Below are positions 25,753 to 33,469 of a stretch of 46,663 nucleotides of DNA, one piece after another. Position 1 is the stretch's first letter. The number at the start of each line of letters is the position of its first letter. The notes below the pieces were generated by a model. That model was given only the letters and a program-made list of their open reading frames with translations, made no database searches and was not told the origin of the DNA. This DNA is from a virus (lineage: Duplodnaviria; Caudoviricetes): positions 1 through 46,663 of IMG/VR virus record IMGVR_UViG_3300032274_000545; one strand, given 5' to 3'. The translations under genes were made by a program, and so were the position numbers.

Positions 25753-25807
25753 GTACCTGGACGTGGGGAGAGGGGTATACCTAATGTTAGGTATGTGAAA
25801 TACGAAA

Positions 25808-25871
25808 AGTGTTAAAGTTTACACTTTCTTTCCTAATCACTTGACAAGTGTACATGTTTACACTATCTTTG
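25808..25871 (+). promoter_or_regulatory. Bacteroidota-type promoter with two palindromic operators
   Basis: TTG(25841)-N20-TATCTTTG(25864); AGTGT-N8-ACACT at 25808-25825 and 25847-25864. Confidence 0.8.
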
Positions 25872-25900
25872 TATTATTAATTAACAAAAAAACCATTAAG

Positions 25901-26152
25901 ATGAAATTCAAAGAAGTAAAAGCAATAGTAGTAGCATCTATCCCTTTCATGGCTGTCGAAACTCGAAATCGCGTTTTAAGTGAATACGCTATATTTCATC
26001 AACTGTACAAGCACTTAGACGAAGACGAGGATTACGATTTTGCCGAAATGTCTTCGCTCGTGAAATCAACTCGTTTTGATGAGTGTGAAATTTCACTAAA
26101 AGATGCTCTCGCTTACTCACATAACATATCATTGAATTTAATCAATCGGTAA
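25901..26152 (+). CDS. Hypothetical protein
   Basis: ATG downstream of the promoter and A-rich leader. Confidence 0.7.
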   Translation: MKFKEVKAIVVASIPFMAVETRNRVLSEYAIFHQLYKHLDEDEDYDFAEMSSLVKSTRFDECEISLKDALAYSHNISLNLINR

Positions 26153-26173
26153 TAATCCCGCGCCTTCGGGCGC

Positions 26174-26227
26174 TCCCTTAATGCCGCCGACGACGGTCAC
26201 AAGCCCGTGAAAATGCAGAGTGAGGGA
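26174..26227 (+). ncRNA. Twister self-cleaving ribozyme (type P1)
   Basis: P1 TCCCT/AGGGA; TAA; P2 TGC/GCA; GCC; CGGTCACAAGCCCG; GAG; pseudoknot CA/TG. Confidence 0.88.
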
Positions 26228-26254
26228 AATTTAACTAACAAAAAAACTAGAAAG

Positions 26255-26512
26255 ATGGCTGAAAAATTAAATATTAGAATGGCTGTTGAGGATAATACCG
26301 GACTATTAGATTTTCTGCTTATAGAGAAATTAAAAAAGTACTACGGTACAGAACATGCTCGGCAAGAGATGGACGATGTTTTTGTTATCCAGTTTGAAGA
26401 TGCGCGCTCTAATAAAATTATTTGGTCTTATGCGGAGAGAGTACCGGATACGCAACAACGAAAATTTGAAATGGAGTATAAAGGTCTTTTTATTTATGAA
26501 GCGAAACCTTGA
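26255..26512 (+). CDS. Hypothetical protein
   Basis: ATG after the A-rich leader downstream of the ribozyme. Confidence 0.7.
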   Translation: MAEKLNIRMAVEDNTGLLDFLLIEKLKKYYGTEHARQEMDDVFVIQFEDARSNKIIWSYAERVPDTQQRKFEMEYKGLFIYEAKP

Positions 26513-26524
26513 AAATCTGAAAAA

Positions 26525-26866
26525 ATGAAAAAAATAACATTAAAACAAATGTTTGAGTATCTCATAGAACGAGATATTGACAGTCCCGAAATGATAAAGG
26601 AATGCAAGGAATATGCAACCGAATTTCTAGGGTATTCTTTGAACGATAAGATTTACGGGTTTTGTGAGGACGATATGGGGTATTGTGGAGACCCGCGAAC
26701 AAATGAGTTTTGGGGTAATCAAGGGGCGTGCTACAAGGAATTGCAAGAAGATCAAACGGCATACGTAGAACCAGAAACGAGCGACGCGCCAAAGTTTTAT
26801 ATTATCGCGTACCCCGACGAATTAAAAACCGTTCAAAAATTCAGCGCAAAACTATTAAGGCCATGA
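26525..26866 (+). CDS. Hypothetical acidic protein
   Basis: ORF in operon. Confidence 0.7.
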   Translation: MKKITLKQMFEYLIERDIDSPEMIKECKEYATEFLGYSLNDKIYGFCEDDMGYCGDPRTNEFWGNQGACYKELQEDQTAYVEPETSDAPKFYIIAYPDELKTVQKFSAKLLRP

Positions 26867-27213
26867 AAAAAATAATAACCTTTTTAAAAGCCCGCCCGGC
26901 AATCAACGTCCGAGCGCTAGAGCGAGAAGCCGGAATACCAAAAAACACGCTTAGTAACGCGGTTTCGGGCGTATTGGGGAAAGTATTCCCAGAAAAGCAC
27001 ACATGGGCGTTAGTTCGTGCGCTTTGCGCCTACGGGCTTGAGTTGAACGGGCAGCGCTTCACGTACGACGAAACTACAGATATATTTTTCATTGAAAGCC
27101 CAACGGGCGAAGAGGTGAAAAGCGAGGATAAGGGCGATCATTTTGTCTATTTCGTCCCGGTTTATCGGGACATTGTGAGCGATGAAATTGAATTAAAAGA
27201 ATACTTAAAATAA
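26863..27213 (+). CDS. XRE-like HTH protein
   Basis: INVRALEREAGIPKNTLSNAV; ATGA-coupled start at 26863. Confidence 0.75.
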   Translation: MKKIITFLKARPAINVRALEREAGIPKNTLSNAVSGVLGKVFPEKHTWALVRALCAYGLELNGQRFTYDETTDIFFIESPTGEEVKSEDKGDHFVYFVPVYRDIVSDEIELKEYLK

Positions 27214-27263
27214 AATCGCGGAATATTCCGCTTAACTGCCCGTAAGGGTGAAAACAAAAAAAG

Positions 27264-27497
27264 ATGATTAAAGTAAAAATCACAAACCAAGAGTACGACA
27301 AAATAACGCGGTTCTACCCGAAGCCAGATCAGATCAATTACACTGGCCGGTATAGTAACACCGGCCAAGAAGCGTATTTTTCCGCCGATGCGGTGACGGA
27401 AAGCGGGCGTGTAGTCCTTCCGGCGGGGAGGGTCGCATGGTTCGACTACTCAAGGATATTGGGCAACTGTAGTAAGTTGCTTATTATCAGAGAGTAA
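27264..27497 (+). CDS. Hypothetical protein
   Basis: ORF with A-rich leader. Confidence 0.65.
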   Translation: MIKVKITNQEYDKITRFYPKPDQINYTGRYSNTGQEAYFSADAVTESGRVVLPAGRVAWFDYSRILGNCSKLLIIRE

Positions 27498-27501
27498 AAA
27501 C

Positions 27502-27538
27502 AAAAAAACCTCCCTGCCTGCACTAAGCAGGAGGGAGG
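27502..27538 (-). terminator. Terminator between convergent operons
   Basis: CCTCCCT.CCTGC stem-loop followed by T7 on the minus strand. Confidence 0.75.
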
Positions 27539-27563
27539 GGAAACAAAACCTTATGATAATCTT

Positions 27564-27992
27564 TTACGCCGCCGGCGCGATAGCTTCGCCCTGTGGCGTT
27601 TCTTCTTTAGGCGCGCTGAATATCTTGTATAGAATCGTAACTAGCGAAACCACGCCGATAATAGCACCCTGCCAGTTTCCACCGATCAAGTCGCGGGCAA
27701 CGCTTTCAATTAGTTCGATAGTCCCGCTCGGTAGGGTAGGAACGATAGCAACGACAATAGCGGTTAGATAATTCCAAAAGTTTGCATCCAGAACCCACCC
27801 TTTGACGTCGGTCGGGGAATCTTGAAAAAAGTTCCGGAGCGTTGCGCCCGCTCCTATTAACATGAAAATCCAGCCGACTACATTTGTGGCGACGTCCGCC
27901 GGAAAACCGACAAAGAACCCGCCTACAAGCAGCGTTACCGCCGTCCAAAAATTCGTACTTTGCCAAAACTGTTTTTTTATTTCTTCTGCCAT
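27564..27992 (-). CDS. Holin-like multi-TM protein
   Basis: KQFWQSTNFWTAV N-terminus, internally duplicated; four hydrophobic segments; last gene of the late block. Confidence 0.6.
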   Translation of the reverse strand: MAEEIKKQFWQSTNFWTAVTLLVGGFFVGFPADVATNVVGWIFMLIGAGATLRNFFQDSPTDVKGWVLDANFWNYLTAIVVAIVPTLPSGTIELIESVARDLIGGNWQGAIIGVVSLVTILYKIFSAPKEETPQGEAIAPAA

Positions 27993-28016
27993 AATGGTAT
28001 GTTTTTGGAGGGATGA

Positions 28017-28406
28017 TTAATTATTTTTGTTATTCTTGTTCGCGCCGTTCTGGGCGCGCTCGACTTCTTTGAGTCTGCTCCTCAATTCTATTATCTCCTT
28101 ATTCTTTGTCTCTAGCAAGGCTTTTAGCTCTGTTATTTCTTCGTCTTTCTCGCTTACTATTGTTTCCAATAACTCAACCTTTATTGTCAATTTTGCGGCC
28201 TCTATCTTCGCCTCCGTCAAGTCTTTCGTTACGTCTTCTACCTTCGTTTTGATGTAATCTAGTTCCGATTGCAGTGCGCTGTTAGTGCCTATTATCAGCT
28301 TTTTTGCATATTCCCTTATTCCGTTTCGCGAAAAAAAGCGCTGTGCTGCGAATTGCATAATACTCCCAATTATTGCGCCCAATAGGAGCGCGGCCAAATA
28401 ATCCAT
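28017..28406 (-). CDS. TM plus coiled-coil protein (holin/spanin-like)
   Basis: N-terminal TM followed by a long heptad repeat; lysis position. Confidence 0.55.
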   Translation of the reverse strand: MDYLAALLLGAIIGSIMQFAAQRFFSRNGIREYAKKLIIGTNSALQSELDYIKTKVEDVTKDLTEAKIEAAKLTIKVELLETIVSEKDEEITELKALLETKNKEIIELRSRLKEVERAQNGANKNNKNN

Positions 28407-28447
28407 TTTCTCGTGTTCATGGGAGGATTAAGAATTTGTTTTTGCCT

Positions 28448-28900
28448 TCAGTACCCTAGCTCTTTAATCGTGTTCTCGAAGATTGAACATAGCTGATCAG
28501 ACATTTCAAACCGCTTGCGGTTGTGCAATAAAGACGAATACATGTTGCCGTCTGCATGCCTTTCTGTCGCCGCTTTCCAGTCGAAAAACATTTCGATAAT
28601 ATCAAAAAGAGTCATGCCGTCAATACCTCGCGGATAGTGCTCAGGATGGTGTGAATTTTTAGAGTAATGGTGTTTTAAAGCGTCGCCTAACTCTATCAAG
28701 TACTCTTTGTATTTGGCACTTCCGTAAGTTGTGTTTTTTAGCTTTGGCGTCAATTCGTCAAACGCCTCTTTTTCTGGGCTTTTCAACTTCGAATCATCGT
28801 GACAATTTGCGCGCCTGATTAATTCCGCCGCCGCTTCTGTAAGTAGCTCTGAAACTCTTTTAATATGCTTTAGCGTGTCTGCTGTGCTGTCGTATCCCAT
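28448..28900 (-). CDS. HD-superfamily protein (DUF5662-like)
   Basis: TLKHI; HDDSK; HHYSKNSHHPEHY; EMFFDWKAA. Confidence 0.75.
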   Translation of the reverse strand: MGYDSTADTLKHIKRVSELLTEAAAELIRRANCHDDSKLKSPEKEAFDELTPKLKNTTYGSAKYKEYLIELGDALKHHYSKNSHHPEHYPRGIDGMTLFDIIEMFFDWKAATERHADGNMYSSLLHNRKRFEMSDQLCSIFENTIKELGY

Positions 28901-28901
28901 G

Positions 28902-29423
28902 TTAATGTATTTTCATTTCAACTTCAATCTTCATTTCCTGCGTTGCCTTGCCTCCGTACTCGCCCGGCGAATTATTCGCTCCGCCTATTGATGTTCCGAT
29001 TTCGCGCATGATCGTGCAGCGCCGGAAGTCGTGACCAGTTAGCGACGACTGTATTTTGTACTGCACTTTGCGCTTATAGATCACCGCTTCAAAATGCACC
29101 TTTTCTCCCGCTTTGGCTTTGACAAGTTCGCCCACAATCCACCGGGCGCCGGGATAGTTCGTATAAGCCGCAACCTCAAAAACACCGCGTTCTTCAGCAG
29201 GGCGCCACGCTATTATCGCGCTGTGGTGGTTGTTTGCGCCTATGTACCTGGTCAACCCCTTCAGCTTGTTCCAATCTCTTGCGTCCCGGTCGCCTTCCCA
29301 GTCAAACCAAGCTGATTCGTCAAACTTCGCCCACCCGGAGAAGCCGCGAACGACAAAGCGCGGTCGCCATGATTCAAGCGGGCGGAAATTCCATTGCCCG
29401 GGTTTGATTGTGTAGGTTGTCAT
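28902..29423 (-). CDS. Beta-sandwich (lectin/polysaccharide-lyase-like) protein, uncertain
   Basis: Trp-rich, beta-rich; DWNKLKG...SAIIAWR...EVAAY. Confidence 0.4.
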   Translation of the reverse strand: MTTYTIKPGQWNFRPLESWRPRFVVRGFSGWAKFDESAWFDWEGDRDARDWNKLKGLTRYIGANNHHSAIIAWRPAEERGVFEVAAYTNYPGARWIVGELVKAKAGEKVHFEAVIYKRKVQYKIQSSLTGHDFRRCTIMREIGTSIGGANNSPGEYGGKATQEMKIEVEMKIH

Positions 29424-29527
29424 TTTTCTAAGTCATCATGCTTTTGGTCGCCTTTCTGTATTAGCGTCGCGAAATTCCAAGAAACCACGACCACTATAAC
29501 CCCTAATAATACAATGTATCCTATCAT
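29420..29527 (-). CDS. 35-aa single-TM protein (MIGYIVLLGVIVVVVSWNF...)
   Basis: Read by hand; ATGA overlaps at both ends. Confidence 0.6.
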   Translation of the reverse strand: MIGYIVLLGVIVVVVSWNFATLIQKGDQKHDDLEK

Positions 29528-30243
29528 TCCTCTGTCAAGTCTCTATATATAATTAGCCTGTACTGATTGTCAGGAGTTCGCCACACTTCCCGCCCGGTTT
29601 CTACGCCGTCTTCATTCACCTGTTTGCCGATCAAAACGAATTCGCGGGTATCTCCGAACAAGTCAAGGAAACGAATATGGTCAACGTCGTAGAACCTAAT
29701 TAGCTTCGAATATCCTAATATTTTGTACCCGCTAAACGAGTATGTTTTTTCGCTGTTATTGATTGCCGCGTCGTTAACTTGTCGCGCCCGCAAGTTGCTA
29801 TTTATTTGCGCAAAAAACACGCTATCTGGGTCGGCGCTTCGGTCAGTAACTTTGATTAGCAAGTTTTTGAACTCTTCGCCGTACCGATCCTTTGACCTAT
29901 CGAAATAGGTTTCACCGGTAACTTCTTCTAGCAAGTCGCTCAGATCGTTGTGCGCCCGCCTGTACTCAAATTCTACCGCGCTTGTTTTGAACGCCCTTGC
30001 AAGCGGCCTAATAGCCTGGTGTGCGTCTCGGAATAGTCGCTTAATGAGCGTCAACGAATCTATCAACGCGCCGCACGCCTCCGAACTTTGCCCGTTGTCG
30101 TATTCCAGAACACGGCACTGTTGAAAGAAAGTAGTATCGTTTACCGTGCTCGTTTTCAAGTAAGAACTATCCTTTGTAATTGTCTGCGCCTGGCAAGTTA
30201 AGACCGCAAAAAACGCGCAAAGTATTAATATTAATTGTCTCAT
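29524..30243 (-). CDS. Exported protein with Sec signal peptide
   Basis: MRQLILILCAFFAVLTCQA|Q. Confidence 0.75.
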   Translation of the reverse strand: MRQLILILCAFFAVLTCQAQTITKDSSYLKTSTVNDTTFFQQCRVLEYDNGQSSEACGALIDSLTLIKRLFRDAHQAIRPLARAFKTSAVEFEYRRAHNDLSDLLEEVTGETYFDRSKDRYGEEFKNLLIKVTDRSADPDSVFFAQINSNLRARQVNDAAINNSEKTYSFSGYKILGYSKLIRFYDVDHIRFLDLFGDTREFVLIGKQVNEDGVETGREVWRTPDNQYRLIIYRDLTEE

Positions 30244-30248
30244 AATTG

Positions 30249-32891
30249 TTAATTATCGTGTGCAATCCAATCGAACGTTACCGCCGTTGACGTTGCCGCC
30301 GTTGACGTTCCGACCGTGTAAAATCTAACTTTGAAATTTGAAGCCGTTTTCGTGTGTACTGTATATTCGTAAGGCGTTGTGCCTGTTATCGTTACCGTTG
30401 CCGCAAAACTAGCGTCTATTAAGTTATGTGTAATTGTCAGATCGCCGCTCCCGTCCGTTGTATTGCTTTCGCTACCTTCGTCTTGGTCGTCTTTGTTAAT
30501 ATAGTTATCGTCTACCCAGTCGCGGTCGGCCAGCGTTTCCCATGCCGATCCTGTATAGATTCGAAAAGCGCTAGTATCCGGGTCGAAAAGCTTGAAACCA
30601 GCGCTTCCGGTCGGGTAGTCCGCAACCTGAACAGACGGAAAATCAACGCCCTCGTAAGCGACGAAAAAGCGGCTTTCTGTACCGCCCGAACCCGCAAAGC
30701 GAAAATCATATATAAGAGTATCCGACGATATACTGAATATTAGGTTTTTCGAACCCGACGAACCGCGTATGAATAGGTCGTTTTCTGCGCCGTACTGCTG
30801 ATTATTGGTTGTGTTTGGCCCGGCGCTTCCTATCTGAATACCCGCACTTTGCGAACTTAAACTAATTGCCGTCCTTGCGCTTGTTCCCGTGCTTTGGTTT
30901 GAAAACCGAAAAAGGGTCAGGCTATCCAATTGCCCGTCTACGAATAGCGGAATACTTGTACTTACTGCCGCGCCATAATCGACACTGAATTTCCTGCCAG
31001 GGTCGCCGCTTGTTCCTATGCCTACATTCCCGTCCCTGTATATTCCCGTCCCGTCTAGCGTCCAATAACTCGCCGCCGCCTGGTCTATCTCCTGCGCGTC
31101 AAATTCGCCTTTTGAAGCGTTCCAGGTTAGCAAATAGCCATCTTTGCTGGTCGTATCCTGGTCAACATCGAACGACCAGAGGCCGGACGTGAATCGGGCG
31201 TAATGACTACCGCCTATGCGAGCGTGGTAATTAACCGACGCGTCTACTTCCTGCCCTAAGAGAATAGGCGCCGTGTAAGTGTTTTCGTAGCCGGTTTGGT
31301 AGCCTATCGCAATCATGCTGTCGGCTTCGGCGGCATTGTAGCCGGTTTGGTAGCCTTGCAAGAAAGTACTATTTGCTGTTGTTGCAGTCGAAGTATAGGG
31401 GCCGGTTCGGAAACCCGAAAAAAAGCTACCTATTGCGGTAGAGACGTTTCTTGCGTTTTGTATTCCAGCGGCTTGCGAAAATTGCACGTTCGTTGAGTTT
31501 CGGAAGTTTTCACGCCCTTGCGCAACGATAGTATTTAGAGTGGTGGCCAGGTAGGCGTTTCGGTCGCCAATCAAAACTGATCCCGCAGTACTCCCGGCAT
31601 AAGTGTATCCGTTTAGGAAGCCAATCGCTGTGTTATTGTCGCCGCTTGTTGTGTTATACATGTTTTGATAACCAAGAAAGGTATTGTAATTGCCCGTAGT
31701 CCAGTCGATTCCGTTTTCAAAACCTTTTGCCGTGTTCGCGGTGCCTGTGGTTATTTTGGAAAGGTTATTTTGCCCTTGCGCTGTATTGTAGTTACCCGTC
31801 AACAATGCGATTAGGTTAGAACTACCCGTTGCAGTAGATCCTGAAACATTTGTCGCCACTAAGAGATTTTGAAAACCCGCCACGAAATTTCCAGTACCAG
31901 CGGTTTGCGCCTTAAGGTTCTGAAAGCCAATCGCCGTATTATAGTTGGAGGTAGTGGCGGCGGCTAGATTCTGATACCCCAAAACCGTATTTGCATTGCC
32001 GGAAGAGTGCGAGGGCATTGAACCCGAACCCATTATCGTGTTGCCTAGTCCCGCGTCCGTTCCGATATTCCCCGAAACATTGAGCGCTCCGGCGAACGTG
32101 CTAGTCCCTATTGCGATCTTCCCGGCGCTGTAATACATGTCGTCGTTTGTGTCCTTAATCCAATGCGAGATAGGGGAGTATGCCGCGCCGTCGTAGTAAT
32201 AGAAGTCGTCTAGGTCATCGTCATAATATAAACCGCCCTCTATCCCTACCGGCTGGCTGGCCGTCGTTATCGGCGTGAATTGAAAAAGTCCGTCGTCGTG
32301 CAGGGTAAGCCAGGCGGAAGACGCGCCCGCCTGAAAAATAAGGTCTGCGTCGGCGTTGGCTGTCCCTATGTACATTTCATCGCTTGCGTAATCCGCGACA
32401 ATACCGCCCCAGAAATTATCCGTTTCGTTTCCAAGGTAGATGTTTGAAGTGAAGCTGGACGGCGCGAGGATAGAAAGTCCGCTATTCGTGCCGCTCTCTA
32501 ATGTTAATTCATTTGCGCTACCGCTCGCCGCAACCGTTCCAGCAGTGCCGCTTTGTATATGTAAGTTCCCGTCGTAAGCGTCGCCCGAAAAGTCGCCTAT
32601 TCCTGTTAGCCCGTTGTAATATATCCCGCCGCCTGAGTTCGTCCAGAGTCCGCCCGCTACGCCATTATTCCCCGTCGCTATCGTATCTCCGTCCAAAACC
32701 AGAAAGCCGGGAACAAGCCTAAGTAGTGTATCCCACTGCCCGTCAAGGCTCGCGTTAGAAATAGCGAAGTAGCCTGAGTCCGGCGCCGCTTCAATCTGCT
32801 CCCAGAAAAAGCGCGGCCACTGCGCGAACGCCTGGCTCGCGCTGATAAAGAGAATACCTATTATGAGTATTTTTTTTAATATAAAATCCAT
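30249..32891 (-). CDS. Fibre/adhesin-like protein with signal peptide and YadA-like beta-roll repeats
   Basis: MDFILKKILIIGILFISASQAFA|Q; 17-aa NTAIGxxNL repeats; GNVGIGT; lectin-like C-terminal domain. Confidence 0.8.
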   Translation of the reverse strand: MDFILKKILIIGILFISASQAFAQWPRFFWEQIEAAPDSGYFAISNASLDGQWDTLLRLVPGFLVLDGDTIATGNNGVAGGLWTNSGGGIYYNGLTGIGDFSGDAYDGNLHIQSGTAGTVAASGSANELTLESGTNSGLSILAPSSFTSNIYLGNETDNFWGGIVADYASDEMYIGTANADADLIFQAGASSAWLTLHDDGLFQFTPITTASQPVGIEGGLYYDDDLDDFYYYDGAAYSPISHWIKDTNDDMYYSAGKIAIGTSTFAGALNVSGNIGTDAGLGNTIMGSGSMPSHSSGNANTVLGYQNLAAATTSNYNTAIGFQNLKAQTAGTGNFVAGFQNLLVATNVSGSTATGSSNLIALLTGNYNTAQGQNNLSKITTGTANTAKGFENGIDWTTGNYNTFLGYQNMYNTTSGDNNTAIGFLNGYTYAGSTAGSVLIGDRNAYLATTLNTIVAQGRENFRNSTNVQFSQAAGIQNARNVSTAIGSFFSGFRTGPYTSTATTANSTFLQGYQTGYNAAEADSMIAIGYQTGYENTYTAPILLGQEVDASVNYHARIGGSHYARFTSGLWSFDVDQDTTSKDGYLLTWNASKGEFDAQEIDQAAASYWTLDGTGIYRDGNVGIGTSGDPGRKFSVDYGAAVSTSIPLFVDGQLDSLTLFRFSNQSTGTSARTAISLSSQSAGIQIGSAGPNTTNNQQYGAENDLFIRGSSGSKNLIFSISSDTLIYDFRFAGSGGTESRFFVAYEGVDFPSVQVADYPTGSAGFKLFDPDTSAFRIYTGSAWETLADRDWVDDNYINKDDQDEGSESNTTDGSGDLTITHNLIDASFAATVTITGTTPYEYTVHTKTASNFKVRFYTVGTSTAATSTAVTFDWIAHDN

Positions 32892-33469
32892 CCGCTTATC
32901 TTTTCCGTTTCATCGTCTGTTTCGCATCCTGACGGGCAATAATCCACCGCCGAAGTACTAAACCCGTCTAGGCTTGCCGCGCAAGTGCAAAGGAATTGCT
33001 CTAGCCTTTCGCGCTTCAATTCTATTTTTCTTAGTAGTGTATCCTGCGCAAATTTCACACCCTCAAGCCCTGCGTTTTGACCAAATTGGCTATCATTGAA
33101 ATACAAACCGTTTGCGCCAACCTGCATACCTACCCAAGGCAGGGACTCGTACAAAACGCACGCGGCGGAATATTCGCGCAAGTGCTTAGTCCAAAGCGCC
33201 TCATAGCTTGCGTCCGAGAACTTAACTGCCGTACTACCTAACGCAGAATTGTATTGACTCTCCGCGCTAGACTGCGCGGCTATTAGGGTAGCATGAAAAG
33301 CGGAAGTTGTGACCGGCACAACAAAACGCTGCTCTGCGTCAAAAACATGAGCGCTAACCAAGTGCGCATCAAAACGAGCGTCGGAAGGCGCGGGGCGCAA
33401 TATCCCGCCGTTAACTACTTCGCCGGGTTTAATTAGAGTCTCCGCCATCTTCTTGTATTTCAGGATCAA
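32876..33469 (-). CDS. Head-tail adaptor (putative)
   Basis: Directly downstream of the portal; size and helical pattern fit; likely start MAETL. Confidence 0.6.
   Translation of the reverse strand: MILKYKKMAETLIKPGEVVNGGILRPAPSDARFDAHLVSAHVFDAEQRFVVPVTTSAFHATLIAAQSSAESQYNSALGSTAVKFSDASYEALWTKHLREYSAACVLYESLPWVGMQVGANGLYFNDSQFGQNAGLEGVKFAQDTLLRKIELKRERLEQFLCTCAASLDGFSTSAVDYCPSGCETDDETEKISGWILY

Noticed and set aside
27215-27255. Hairpin-hairpin-GAAA as a hammerhead ribozyme
   Set aside because: No CTGANGA core
30249-32891. Diversity-generating retroelement targeting the fibre
   Set aside because: No reverse transcriptase gene and no TR/VR pair seen
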